Origin: a virus
Lineage: Duplodnaviria; Heunggongvirae; Uroviricota; Caudoviricetes
Reading direction: 5' to 3' (one strand)
Length of the DNA: 64,000 nt
Virus record (IMG/VR): IMGVR_UViG_2526164631_000023
Part shown: positions 19,001-28,570 of the stretch, piece after piece
How the letters are laid out: each line of letters begins with the position of its first letter
Numbering within the stretch: the first letter of the stretch is position 1
The notes under the pieces: model-generated
Seen by the model: only the letters and a program-made list of their open reading frames with translations
Databases searched by the model: none
Told to the model about the DNA's origin: nothing
Made by a program: the position numbers and the translations under genes

Positions 19001-19949
19001 TTCGTTTGGTTCTATATCTTCGCTTTCCGAAAAAGCGAAAGGAATGGATCAGGCTCTTACTGAAAAGATATCCGGCTTAACCGGTAAATCTTTTGGATTT
19101 AAAAAAGCTTCTCAAGTGGCTGATATCGCAACAGCCATACAACAAAAACGCGCTGTTAATCGTGATACAGAAATCATTGATCTACTTCCGGGAGATCAAG
19201 TATCCCCTTCTACTCCGAAAACTCCACAGCAGGAGCAGGCTCTAGCAATCAGCCAGGCTATAGAGGGAGCTGCGCCAGTAGTTGCCTCTGGAAAACGAAC
19301 TATCACGGCACCAAGTGATGTGCAGATTTATGACAACGGCTACAAGGTGGTTACAGGTGAGGATAAGAGCTTCTTTGGTTCGCTATTTGATTCCACGGTG
19401 TCAGGGATTAAACAGACAGGAACCGCAGCAATTCCTGCCGTTGGCGATAACCTTTCACGACTTGTTGGGGGGATTGATAGTACAGGGATATTGAACGATC
19501 TTGTAATGCAGTCTACTGGGCAGAATAGTGCGATTGCGCGAGCTATTAGCCCATTAACAAGAAATGTTGGAGACTGGCTGAATGGGGGGATTCAACAAAC
19601 CGCTAATAGCATTAGGGGAATAGCAACTGGTGCCAATAACGCCATATTTGGCTCTGCTTCAGCTGTGCAAGAACCTTTTCTTGCTATGCCGCCACAACTC
19701 CCTACTGTAACCGATCTCGCACGAAGCGGAATAAGACAACCATTAACTACTGACACTATAAATAACGATCCTGCTATGTTGAAGGCGCTGGATAACATCT
19801 GCTCTATCCTGAACGATCTGCTGAATGTGAGCAAGAACAATACAAAAGGCGATCCGGATAATGTTGTCAAAACATCGCAGCCGCAGCCGCGACCACGTGC
19901 GAGCACAACTATTAATGACCAGTCGCTGGATGCTCTGCTTGAGGATTAA
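16080..19949 (+). CDS. Tail tape-measure / virion injection protein (P1 Sit-like), 1289 aa
   Basis: Very long low-complexity Ala/Gly/Lys-rich protein upstream of baseplate and fibre genes; start uncertain. Confidence 0.5.
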   Translation: MDISPLVTLNNCHNGEHSICQKPWKKNTKLKPGNVVAAGKREVILKENKDRIAIIDAIQGASTNELKALAEIKDAILSGRGSITQLGENQGKVSQRLSRRLIASEPYVSGDAKNTQPNPYIKRLPMKKGRKQVNNGEERLIVATNTSERVHFASSLQSAQKLKGSVPVAANSAPLEPQSPQSQKGPLRDSNGRFVSQKNNEDIARKKEWQNARKADAKLQEGFLRKLGSIIGVDGNQSSSEESLTDAAGIGAGGPLWIAARGMYDITKEITGKAESLKEWIEKGKGEASSSKATSPAITYPAVVNTQKATSATAFNNAVETKSAQAVEEQTKILQTNDNKIIDGLENVSDEVVKLRKSVSSGNKFGLSDLWRNRASRRNKINIGDQAGKNKRNKPKRKGRNLGKKALSVGEKAAAGSAAAGAGAGAAKTVKTKVSKAKDISTTSDASKGIAKETKNTAKAVKPAGVVAEEATIKTGETVAKKKTESVALKSAAKIGVKSAASTAARAIPIIGSLAMAGYDAIDGYTDTDAQKAAFGLSDDDAVSEQQKTAYATANVLDMGGLVSGTTNLIGKGISALGFERAGEKLQNFDTGDIARGVNGAVDINKSVFGSLKDTFLSTDENTKQVKKAVEDGTKKTVDAIHSLGEQLQGGRNGEDGVGEHGYTSPTEFSAPANNTIAADLNIGGSNAKNRNYRNNNLGNLVFANQEGATLESPNVKGEQRFARFNTPEEGIRALANQVSSYYNGTSAAAGYQKLQTVSSIISKWAPPNENNTNQYIDNVSKYLGVSPNEKIDVSKPEVMTQLVRAIATKEGGNPAVNNEFIKNALGAFNTNTGRWEGQFSDETLARINKIQKENGGQLIARDSQYSVGRKVKYANGKSPAQPVLNAVPTATQQPIEVAQHAQAVKKPQKTGNQPQPINPENADVNTGSPSSLLERLIAINESGISGASNLFGGAATSLAGTSLDLVKDFALATSFGSISSLSEKAKGMDQALTEKISGLTGKSFGFKKASQVADIATAIQQKRAVNRDTEIIDLLPGDQVSPSTPKTPQQEQALAISQAIEGAAPVVASGKRTITAPSDVQIYDNGYKVVTGEDKSFFGSLFDSTVSGIKQTGTAAIPAVGDNLSRLVGGIDSTGILNDLVMQSTGQNSAIARAISPLTRNVGDWLNGGIQQTANSIRGIATGANNAIFGSASAVQEPFLAMPPQLPTVTDLARSGIRQPLTTDTINNDPAMLKALDNICSILNDLLNVSKNNTKGDPDNVVKTSQPQPRPRASTTINDQSLDALLED

Positions 19950-19954
19950 TACTG

Positions 19955-20329
19955 ATGCTTTACGAAATAGACGCAAGACTTCAAACGAATGAGAGCGGTG
20001 TCATTATTGCAGAAGGAAGTACCGCAGCATGGATGGCCCGACTTGAGGAGTGGCTACGAACCCCTGAAGGGAGTGTTTATGGTTTACCCTCTTGGGGGAG
20101 TCCAATGGAAGAATTTAAGCATGAACCATTCGGCTCTGAAACTTCGCACATAGTTGAAGTGGCTATTGAAGGGAGAATGATGAAAAAACTACGACAAGAC
20201 TTGCCAGGTTTGGATGTGCAGGGGATTCGTTGCACATCAATTTCTGAAGATTCTTTATTAATTAGTTTTTATGCGAAAGGTGGGAGCATGGATATTGTTA
20301 TGCAGAAATCAAGTGGGGTGGGCGCGTGA
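19955..20329 (+). CDS. Small baseplate protein (gpW/gp25-like size)
   Basis: 124 aa, SD gagga; overlaps next gene by 4 bp. Confidence 0.3.
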   Translation: MLYEIDARLQTNESGVIIAEGSTAAWMARLEEWLRTPEGSVYGLPSWGSPMEEFKHEPFGSETSHIVEVAIEGRMMKKLRQDLPGLDVQGIRCTSISEDSLLISFYAKGGSMDIVMQKSSGVGA

Positions 20330-21756
20330 CGATTACAGAATTACTGGACAAATTTAACGCCAAGTTAAATGAAAACACATGGTGGTCACGATTTGTAAAT
20401 AGTCAGTTTGTGCAGATGCACGCTATATTCGGATCGCAGCTTATTTATATTGCCCGTACATTTGCAAGCCGCGGCCTCACTGAGGGACTTATTTCAACGG
20501 CAACGCGTCGCTCAAGTATTTTAGCGGTTGCTGAAGACCGTAGCTACGTAGGGCGATTTGTTAGTGCTTCATACGGAACAACGTCTATAACCAATAAAAC
20601 TGATCGGGATATTACGTTACCAGCCGGGGCTGAATTGCTTGCCAATGACCAAACACCTTTGGCAATTATTAACAGTGTTGTAATTCCTGCTGGAGGAACT
20701 GTTTCTGGCGTAGAAACTAAACAGCATGAAGCTGTTAGCATTACATTTGATATTGAGAAGGAAACTTTATTTCTGACATTGTTGCTTTCCAGAGAGTTAA
20801 CAAAAGAAGTCTCTAGCCTGGATGTTTATGTTATTACAGATGGAGTAGAAGAAAAATGGACATATAACCCATTATTTAGAATGTCCAGAGACAAGAGTAA
20901 GCACTATTCATTGGCATATAAACCTACAGAACAACTTGGAGTCAAGTTTGGTGATGGTTCTATGGGTATGATGCCTCCAGCAGGCTGTCAGGTTCGAATC
21001 GATGTTATGGCTAGCCTTGGCGACTATACTTTGGCTGAAGGACAAAAGTTAGAACCGGCTGGAAATATCGCTCAATATGTGGAGTCACTAGAGTTTAAAA
21101 CTGATTCGATCATTACCGGTGGTAGTGGTATGGAAACTACAGAAGAAACTCGAAATCGTGCTCAGTATTATGTTGCATACGATGAACAAGTGGTATGGGG
21201 CGGTGATTATCGCCAATTCATTCAGAATGTTGTTCATGGAACTTCATGGTTGAACGTTTGGGGCGAAGCGTTGCAAGAGAAAATAACTGGGTTTGACGTT
21301 CGAAACATAAACAAGATTTTCTTTTGCGGACATAAGCCAGGTGTAAGCCAGGCTCAGCTAAAATCAGAAATACTGAAAGCTCTAGAGAATGTTCCAAATG
21401 AGTTGAACAAGCGGTTTGAGTATGTAGATACAAATGAACAACCATTTACTATAAAATTTACAGGTATTGCACGTAAAAATGTTCTGATAGACGACGCTCA
21501 AAATGCTATTAAAGCAGCGTTGGAAGATAATTTTGGTCGTGATTCGTCATCATTCAGTTTATTACTACAGAGTGATGATGATTCTCAGCAATGTTATGCA
21601 CAGGTAAAAGTTAAAGATATTTGGCGAGTAATAGAGTCGCTGGATATGTTTCTCTCTTATGACATAACAATACAAAATATGAAAGATGCAGTTTACTTTA
21701 ATGACTTCATTTATCTTGACGTGAAATCTTCAACGTTCAGCATTTCTTACCCGTAA
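20326..21756 (+). CDS. Candidate baseplate wedge protein (476 aa)
   Basis: Position and size within baseplate operon. Confidence 0.3.
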   Translation: MTITELLDKFNAKLNENTWWSRFVNSQFVQMHAIFGSQLIYIARTFASRGLTEGLISTATRRSSILAVAEDRSYVGRFVSASYGTTSITNKTDRDITLPAGAELLANDQTPLAIINSVVIPAGGTVSGVETKQHEAVSITFDIEKETLFLTLLLSRELTKEVSSLDVYVITDGVEEKWTYNPLFRMSRDKSKHYSLAYKPTEQLGVKFGDGSMGMMPPAGCQVRIDVMASLGDYTLAEGQKLEPAGNIAQYVESLEFKTDSIITGGSGMETTEETRNRAQYYVAYDEQVVWGGDYRQFIQNVVHGTSWLNVWGEALQEKITGFDVRNINKIFFCGHKPGVSQAQLKSEILKALENVPNELNKRFEYVDTNEQPFTIKFTGIARKNVLIDDAQNAIKAALEDNFGRDSSSFSLLLQSDDDSQQCYAQVKVKDIWRVIESLDMFLSYDITIQNMKDAVYFNDFIYLDVKSSTFSISYP

Positions 21757-21766
21757 TGAGGTTAGC

Positions 21767-22612
21767 ATGAAAGATAATTGGCTTAAGGAACGATTAACTA
21801 AAGTAAAACAGGATTCACATCTCTGGAGTGCATTTATAGACGCTTTACAGGATGTCTGGAATGAGGCAGTAGAACCAATATTAACAAGAATAAGTAACAG
21901 AAAATCCTTCTTCACTATGGACAGTGAGGACATGGATGCCCGCATTGCTGAATACGGGCGTTTTTTCGTTATCACTGAAAAAGATAAGGACCGTAGGCCA
22001 ATGCTGCTGGCGCAACGTTTAGATGAAGTGCACTTTAAAGGCACTATCTTGCCTATTGAGCAGACATTCTGGCGTGAATTCGGTTGTATTCCTGTTAGTT
22101 GGGAACCGCTGTATGCACCTGTAAATATAGAAAAACACCCCTATGGTTCATATTTTGCGACCGAAATAGAAATACCTACGGCACAGGCTCAATTCGGTGA
22201 GTTCTTCCTGACATCAAGGGGGCTGGTCGTTGTTGATCAGAACAAGCTATATCGCTCATATGGAGAGCAGGATAAAGAAGCCGCTGTGCAGAAATTGTTA
22301 TCTGACTTCGAAACAGTAATAGCCCCTTTGTTGCCATTGCATATTGTTTTTGATGGCGTCTCGTTTCGGCTTAGTGCTGTATTCCCTGAAGTGGCAGAAA
22401 TACTAAATTGCTTGTCTACGGATGTTTCGGTAATTGAAGGTGTTTATGTTACTGAGAGTATGGCTGATATGCTATCCCGTAGTGATACCTCCTGCCAGGT
22501 AAACAATATTTCTCTTAACGCCATACCGAACAGAACGGCAGAAAAGCAATTACATCTTGATGTAACCCCACTCGATGCGTGGCCTTTGGATTACCACCTT
22601 CAACCTGTTTAA
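21767..22612 (+). CDS. Candidate baseplate/tail protein (281 aa)
   Basis: Position only; followed by hairpin cttccccc/gggggaag at 22618-22640. Confidence 0.3.
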   Translation: MKDNWLKERLTKVKQDSHLWSAFIDALQDVWNEAVEPILTRISNRKSFFTMDSEDMDARIAEYGRFFVITEKDKDRRPMLLAQRLDEVHFKGTILPIEQTFWREFGCIPVSWEPLYAPVNIEKHPYGSYFATEIEIPTAQAQFGEFFLTSRGLVVVDQNKLYRSYGEQDKEAAVQKLLSDFETVIAPLLPLHIVFDGVSFRLSAVFPEVAEILNCLSTDVSVIEGVYVTESMADMLSRSDTSCQVNNISLNAIPNRTAEKQLHLDVTPLDAWPLDYHLQPV

Positions 22613-22706
22613 TAATTCTTCCCCCAAATGCGGGGGAAGAACAACGGAAATCACAAACTGAGCATACTCTCCTTTGGTTCATTGCTTATGAAGGGGCTAT
22701 GTTCGT

Positions 22707-23153
22707 ATGGCTGAAAATTTAAAGGCAAGAGATGGTAACCGCCTGTATAAGGCGCAATTGCTTTCCTACTATTATTCACGCCGCGCTGAGTCGGCGATCG
22801 GCAAAGGTGCGCGTTTTGTTATCTCTAAGGCGTATTGGTGCAAATCTAGTCTGGTAACTGCTAATGGTGCAGGAGGCTGGAATATAGCGGACATTCCACT
22901 CGATTTTAAATTGAGAAACGCTCAGCAGTTTGCTGTGTCCGATCTGATATTGTCCAGTGTGGATGGGATTATCACTATCAATGCAGCCTTCCCTCAAGAA
23001 AGAATGCCGGATAACACGCCTTACGACTTTAACACGCTTGTGCTTGTTGATGCTGAGGAACAGGCTTTTGCTGTGCTTTGCACCCAGCAAGACACCCTCT
23101 ATAAAGGTAAACGTTACAGTATTCTCATGACAATCGAGCAAGTTGAGGGTTGA
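22707..23153 (+). CDS. Tail-fibre operon protein (R-position), 148 aa
   Basis: Immediately upstream of and overlapping the tail-fibre gene. Confidence 0.35.
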   Translation: MAENLKARDGNRLYKAQLLSYYYSRRAESAIGKGARFVISKAYWCKSSLVTANGAGGWNIADIPLDFKLRNAQQFAVSDLILSSVDGIITINAAFPQERMPDNTPYDFNTLVLVDAEEQAFAVLCTQQDTLYKGKRYSILMTIEQVEG

Positions 23154-26100
23154 TTATGGGTGCTGATAAAACGAACAACATAATGACACTATCCTCTGGT
23201 GTCTCACAGCCGTTGCTTGCTGATGTTCAATATTTCGAACTCTATAGTAGTTCGGCTCTTAACAGAAAACTTAAAAATATTGTTTTGCCGGGCTTTTACT
23301 GTGGATTTGAACCAGTTCCCGGCGCAGGGTTGAGAGTCCGTATAACTTCTGAAAACTCAGAAGGTAAAGGGGCTGCTTCAGTAGATGTAAATAATGTTCA
23401 GATATCCGTTCAGCAAATAGAAGATGTGACTGTCTCGGTAAAGGCTGGGGCTACCAACATTATTGTGCTAGAAGCCAATTTTGAACATGGTGTAAAAACG
23501 ACACAGGTAGAGAGCGCATCTTCTGTCAGTGCTGCAAGAATTTACGCGCGTACGGACAATACTATTGGGCAGAATCAAATTGAATTATGTCGAGTTATCG
23601 TGCCTAACGGCGCAACGGCTGTGACGAAAGAAATGATTGTGCTTAAATACCGGGTTAACCGTGCTGTTGGTGTCGAATTCTCTAATGAAATAAGCAGTAC
23701 AGAAGAAAGAAAAGCGGCTACACCTCTGGCTGTCAAAACTCTCCATGATTTGGTTGATACAAAAGCTCCGCTCGATAGTCCACATCTGTCAGGTACGCCG
23801 ACAGCACCTACGGCCTCACAAGGCACAAATAGCACGCAGATTGCAAATACAGCCTTTGTTAAGGCAGCTATAACTGCACTTATCAACGGTGCACCTGGCA
23901 CACTGGATACGCTGAAAGAAATAGCGGCTGCGATCAATAACGACCCGAATTTCAGCACAACTATCAACAATGCCCTGGCTCTCAAAGCGCCTTTGGCAAG
24001 CCCGGCGTTCACAGGTACGCCGACAGCACCTACGGCCTCACAAGGCACAAATAGCACGCAGATTGCTACGACCGCTTATGTAAGAGCTGCCATATCCGCA
24101 TTGGTTGGTTCATCACCAGAAGCTCTTGATACCCTGAATGAGCTTGCCGCAGCACTTGGTAATGACCCGAACTTTGCGACAACAATGACAAATGCGCTGG
24201 CAGGCAAACAGCCTCTGGATGCAACTTTAACCGCTCTTGCTTCCCTTGCGACTGGTGCAAACAAACTGCCTTATTTCACGGGTAAGGATACGGTAGCTCA
24301 GACTGATTTAACGTCAGTCGGTCGCGATATTCTGGCTAAAACAAGCATACTGGCCGTTATCCAATACCTTGGTTTAAGAGAACTCGGTACCAGCGGTGAA
24401 AAGATCCCCCTGTTAAGCACAGCTAACACATGGAGTGCGCGCCAGACTTTCAACGGCGGGATCACCGGGGCGCTGACAGGGAACGCCGACACCGCGACGA
24501 AATTGAAAACCAAAAGGTCGCTTCAAGTTGACCTCCAAAGTGATAACGCCATCGACTTTGATGGTTCATCAAATGCTCTTCTGGGCATAAAAGGTATTTT
24601 ACCAATTACTCATGGGGGATTAGGTGCATCCAGCGTCTCTGGAGGGCGTACTAATCTTGGATTAGGTGTTGCGGACGTCCCCCAATTTAAGGGTATCAAT
24701 CTTGTTAACTCAACAGACGCTGATTTAGCCGCGTCAGGGATTGTAAGTGGTTATCTGAATAATTCAGCTGGGGTACAGAGGAGTCGTTTCAGAATTTATT
24801 CAGAGATAAGGAGTGGCAACCGCTCATGGCTGACGTTACATCTACAATCTGATACCAACACCAATAAATATGCCGGATTAGACATTGACGGTAACTTTCT
24901 GATTACCGGAGATAGCAAATGCCGAGCATTAGAACCAACTGATGCAGCGTTAACAAGAAAAAATATTGATGTTTACAGCAAAGCCGAAGTAGACCTTAAA
25001 AAAGGGATGAAATTCACCAGAGTCAATGCTCCTTCTGGAGCTGAAGAGGGTAAATTCTATCCTGTAGTCATCAAGAGATCTGCAACGAGCAATGGTGAAC
25101 TTGCTTCTCGGGTTATTATTTCCACTGCGTCGCGCCAAGCTGCACATCGCATGAACAACTGCGAATTCAATGGTTTTGTGATGCCTGCTGGTTGGAGTGA
25201 CAGAGGGCGGTACGCATACGGGATGTTCTGGCAATATCAGGATGCAGAACGGGCGATTCATTCTATTGCGATGAGCAATAAAGACGATGAAGTTAGCTCA
25301 GTTTTTTATATTGAAGGCGGAGCATTTCCAGTATGCGTTCTTGTGGAGGAGGGGCTTTCTGTTGTTGTCCCTACAACGGATTATATTGTTGGACAAACCA
25401 CATACAAATGGGGGGCTACCAACCCTAAAGCTGAATGTATAGCTGCCGACATAATTATTGATTTTAGCAATGGTCGTGGTTTCTATAGCTCTGGAAACCT
25501 CAATGGTAATGCTGCAACAGCAACTAAATTACAGACCGCCAGAACAATCAACGGAGTAACCTTCGATGGCACTACTGATATTTCGTTGACACCAGAGAAC
25601 ATTGGCGCGCTGTCTCTATCCGGAGGCACATTATTAGGAGGTCTGACAGCTCCATTACTTACCACTAAAAGCGATCTTATTTTTAGTAGCCATACAAGCC
25701 GTCATATCCGCTTTACATATACGAAAAATGACGGCACAACACTAACTGATGGGTACATATTTAAAGATGGCGTCGATAACCCTAACAGACGACCAGGCAT
25801 CCGGATAAATTGTGCTGCGCCGAATAAAGAAACCGGCAATGGTACTAATTCAGGTGATTGGATATTCGGTGAAGATGGCATTTTTACCATGCCGGGTGGC
25901 ACTGTTCTTCGGGGAGGAATCAATAGCAATGGCGTGCCGCAAAGTGAGTATAAACATGACATGCTCACGTCAGTTGTTGACGATGCAAAAATGTATCTGC
26001 GACGTTTCCGCTCCAGCACAGGTGCAAGCATATGGCATGAAACAATAGAGAATAATGTTTATCGCTTATGCACAGGAACAACTGACGCTCAGGAAGAGTT

Positions 26101-27475
26101 AGTCTTGAGGACTGGTTCCTATGCGAAATTCGCTGGCGAGATTATTTCCAAATCGGCGAATGGTCTGCGCATTGTCTATGGCAACTATGGATTCTTTATC
26201 CGAAACGATGGTTCAAGCACATACTTCATGTTGACCGATTCGGGTAACAGCCTAGGAACCTATAATAGGTTAAGGCCGCTTATCATTAACAATGCCAATG
26301 GTGCTGTTACGATCGGTAATGGACTCAATGTTACTGGCGGCATCAATGGTAGTTTGAACGGTAATGCTGCAACTGCAACAAAACTGCAAACAGCACGCAC
26401 AATAGGCGGTGTGTCATTCGATGGCTCCGCCAATATCAACCTGCCGGGTGTAAACATTGCTGGTAACCAGAACACAACCGGTAATGCAGCGACAGCGACC
26501 AAGTTGCAGACAGCATGTACTATCAACGGCGTCTCGTTTGATGGTTCTAAAGATATTGAACTTAACCCACGGTCTATAGGCACGATCAACTCCACAACAA
26601 TGTCTTTTAGTGGTGGTGCTGGATGGTTCAAGCTAGCAACTGTAACCATGCCACAGGCCAGTTCCGTGGTTTACATAAGCCTGATTGGTGGTGCAGGGTA
26701 TAACGTTGGCTCCCCGCATCAAGCAGGCATCTCTGAGCTGGTTCTGCGTGCCGGAAATGGAAATCCAAAAGGTATTACTGGTGCATTATGGCGACGGACC
26801 TCGGTTGGATTTACTAATTTTGCATGGGTGAATACATCTGGTGATACCTATGATGTTTATGTTGAAATAGGTAATTACGCCACAGGTGTTAATATTCAGT
26901 GGGATTATACCAGTAACGCCAGCGTAACGATTCATACATCACCAACTTATACAGCGAATAAACCAACAGGCCTGACAGATGGAACTGTATATGTAATTTA
27001 CAGTTCGCACATTAAACCGACTGCTGCTGATGTTGGGGCGTTGTCATTATCTGGAGGTCAATTGAATGGTGCACTGGGCATCGGAACATCCAGTGCTCTT
27101 GGCGGTAACTCGATTGTTTTGGGTGATAATGACACGGGCTTTAAACAAAATGGCGACGGTAATCTGGACGTTTATGCTAATAACGTCCATGTTATGCGCT
27201 TTGTCTCCGGCAGCATTCAAAGTAATAAAACCATAAATATTACAGGGCGTGTTAACCCCTCGGATTACGGTAACTTTGATTCCCGTTATGTGAAAGATGT
27301 TCGCCTGGGTACGCGTGTTGTTCAATTGATGGCGCGTGGTGGTCGTTATGAAAAAGCCGGACACGCAATTACCGGATTAAGAATCATTGGTGAAGTAGAT
27401 GGCGATGATGAAGCCATCTTCAGACCAATACAAAAATACATCAATGGCACATGGTATAACGTCGCACAGGTGTAA
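23150..27475 (+). CDS. Tail fibre protein S: constant N-terminal part fused to the currently expressed variable C-terminal cassette
   Basis: 1441 aa with repeated GNAATATKLQTARTI(N/G)GV(S/T)FDGS motifs and C-terminal ..INGTWYN; shares internal segments with reverse-strand cassette. Confidence 0.8.
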   Translation: MIMGADKTNNIMTLSSGVSQPLLADVQYFELYSSSALNRKLKNIVLPGFYCGFEPVPGAGLRVRITSENSEGKGAASVDVNNVQISVQQIEDVTVSVKAGATNIIVLEANFEHGVKTTQVESASSVSAARIYARTDNTIGQNQIELCRVIVPNGATAVTKEMIVLKYRVNRAVGVEFSNEISSTEERKAATPLAVKTLHDLVDTKAPLDSPHLSGTPTAPTASQGTNSTQIANTAFVKAAITALINGAPGTLDTLKEIAAAINNDPNFSTTINNALALKAPLASPAFTGTPTAPTASQGTNSTQIATTAYVRAAISALVGSSPEALDTLNELAAALGNDPNFATTMTNALAGKQPLDATLTALASLATGANKLPYFTGKDTVAQTDLTSVGRDILAKTSILAVIQYLGLRELGTSGEKIPLLSTANTWSARQTFNGGITGALTGNADTATKLKTKRSLQVDLQSDNAIDFDGSSNALLGIKGILPITHGGLGASSVSGGRTNLGLGVADVPQFKGINLVNSTDADLAASGIVSGYLNNSAGVQRSRFRIYSEIRSGNRSWLTLHLQSDTNTNKYAGLDIDGNFLITGDSKCRALEPTDAALTRKNIDVYSKAEVDLKKGMKFTRVNAPSGAEEGKFYPVVIKRSATSNGELASRVIISTASRQAAHRMNNCEFNGFVMPAGWSDRGRYAYGMFWQYQDAERAIHSIAMSNKDDEVSSVFYIEGGAFPVCVLVEEGLSVVVPTTDYIVGQTTYKWGATNPKAECIAADIIIDFSNGRGFYSSGNLNGNAATATKLQTARTINGVTFDGTTDISLTPENIGALSLSGGTLLGGLTAPLLTTKSDLIFSSHTSRHIRFTYTKNDGTTLTDGYIFKDGVDNPNRRPGIRINCAAPNKETGNGTNSGDWIFGEDGIFTMPGGTVLRGGINSNGVPQSEYKHDMLTSVVDDAKMYLRRFRSSTGASIWHETIENNVYRLCTGTTDAQEELVLRTGSYAKFAGEIISKSANGLRIVYGNYGFFIRNDGSSTYFMLTDSGNSLGTYNRLRPLIINNANGAVTIGNGLNVTGGINGSLNGNAATATKLQTARTIGGVSFDGSANINLPGVNIAGNQNTTGNAATATKLQTACTINGVSFDGSKDIELNPRSIGTINSTTMSFSGGAGWFKLATVTMPQASSVVYISLIGGAGYNVGSPHQAGISELVLRAGNGNPKGITGALWRRTSVGFTNFAWVNTSGDTYDVYVEIGNYATGVNIQWDYTSNASVTIHTSPTYTANKPTGLTDGTVYVIYSSHIKPTAADVGALSLSGGQLNGALGIGTSSALGGNSIVLGDNDTGFKQNGDGNLDVYANNVHVMRFVSGSIQSNKTINITGRVNPSDYGNFDSRYVKDVRLGTRVVQLMARGGRYEKAGHAITGLRIIGEVDGDDEAIFRPIQKYINGTWYNVAQV
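24357..24382. other. gix/cix-like 26-bp recombinase crossover site (site A), in frame inside the fibre gene
   Basis: TTATCCAATACC TT GGTTTAAGAGAA matches remembered Gin-site TTATCCAAAACCTCGGTTTACAGGAA at ~20/26; encodes VIQYLGLRE. Confidence 0.5.
26132..26365. repeat. 234-bp inverted repeat, copy 1 (inside S), ~98% identical to reverse complement of 29167-29400
   Basis: Both copies encode EIISKSANGLRIVYGNYGFFIRNDGSSTYFMLTDSGNSLGTYNRLRPLIINNANGAVTIGNGLNVTGGINGSLNGNA. Confidence 0.8.
26196..26221. other. Candidate crossover site B inside the inverted repeat
   Basis: TTATCCGAAACG AT GGTTCAAGCACA; left half fits Hin-family half-site; inverted copy at 29310-29335. Confidence 0.3.
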
Positions 27476-27478
27476 ATT

Positions 27479-28006
27479 ATGCAGCATTTAAAAAATATTA
27501 AGTCAGGAAATCCAAAAACAAAAGAGCAATATCAGCTAACAAAGAATTTTGATGTTATCTGGTTATATACAGAAGACGGTAAAAACTGGTATGAGGAAGT
27601 AAATAACTTTCAGGACGACACCATAAAGATTGTTTACGATGAAAATAATATTATTGTCGCCATCACCAAAGATGCATCCACGCTTAACCCTGAAGGTTTT
27701 AGCGTCGTTGAGGTTCCCGATATTACAGCCAACCGCCGCGCTGATGATTCAGGAAAGTGGATGTTTAAGGATGGAGCTGTAGTTAAACGGATTTATACGG
27801 CAGACGAGCAACAACAACAGGCCGAATCACAAAAGGCCGCATTGCTTTCCGAAGCTGAATCAGTCATCCAACCGCTGGAACGCGCTGTCAGGCTGAATAT
27901 GGCAACAGACGAGGAACGCACACGACTGGAAGCATGGGAACGCTACAGTGTTCTGGTCAGCCGTGCGGATACGGCAAATCCTGAATGGCCACAAAAACCA
28001 GAGTAA
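27479..28006 (+). CDS. Tail fibre assembly chaperone (U/Tfa) for the current cassette
   Basis: 175 aa; N-terminal half ~70% identical to reverse-strand paralog 28035..28568; starts 4 nt after S stop. Confidence 0.8.
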   Translation: MQHLKNIKSGNPKTKEQYQLTKNFDVIWLYTEDGKNWYEEVNNFQDDTIKIVYDENNIIVAITKDASTLNPEGFSVVEVPDITANRRADDSGKWMFKDGAVVKRIYTADEQQQQAESQKAALLSEAESVIQPLERAVRLNMATDEERTRLEAWERYSVLVSRADTANPEWPQKPE

Positions 28007-28010
28007 AAAT

Positions 28011-28030
28011 TAAGGCCCGATAGCGGGCCT
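28011..28030. terminator. Bidirectional hairpin between convergent U and U' genes
   Basis: aaggcccgatagcgggcctt: 7-bp stem aggcccg/cgggcct. Confidence 0.45.
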
Positions 28031-28034
28031 TCTC

Positions 28035-28568
28035 TCATTCTGGTTGTTCGGGAAACGTTACTGGCAGGCCGGAAGTGTCTGTAGATTCGACTTTCTGCGC
28101 ATAGAGCATCCACTCGGTTAATTTTTGTTTATTCTCGTCGGAAATGATGCCCAGCCGTAGCTGTGAGTCCCATAGCTGGGTTTTATCCCTGACAAGTTGC
28201 AACAGGCTTTGCTTTTCATTTTCCGCTTGTTGCCTCTGCTCTTCCTCGGTATAAGTTCGCTTTATCACTACGCCATCTTTGAACATCCATTTCCCCGAAA
28301 TATCAGCCCGGCGATTTGCTGTAATATCAGGTAATTCAACGACGCTTGCACCCTCTGGATTAATTGCTGAAACATCCTTTTCAATACAAATAATAACGCC
28401 GTTATGGTCATAGACCATTTTCAAAGTGTCTGGCTGGAAATTCTTTTGTTCCTCATACCAGTTTTTTCCATCATCTGAATAAAGCCATTTGATGTTAAAT
28501 TGCTTTGTTAGCTGGTATTGCTCTTTTGTTTTAGGGTTGCCAGCAGTAATGTTTTTTAAGTGCATCAT
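28035..28568 (-). CDS. Alternative tail fibre assembly chaperone (U')
   Basis: 177 aa paralog of U on the opposite strand, directly downstream of the alternative fibre cassette. Confidence 0.8.
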   Translation of the reverse strand: MMHLKNITAGNPKTKEQYQLTKQFNIKWLYSDDGKNWYEEQKNFQPDTLKMVYDHNGVIICIEKDVSAINPEGASVVELPDITANRRADISGKWMFKDGVVIKRTYTEEEQRQQAENEKQSLLQLVRDKTQLWDSQLRLGIISDENKQKLTEWMLYAQKVESTDTSGLPVTFPEQPE

Positions 28569-28570
28569 CG

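Noticed and set aside
23575-24057. Track ORFs antisense to the tail-fibre gene (also 24066..24513, 25702..26031, 26260..26649)
   Set aside because: Embedded in the opposite strand of a long supported CDS; repetitive Ala/Val-rich translations from the fibre repeats.
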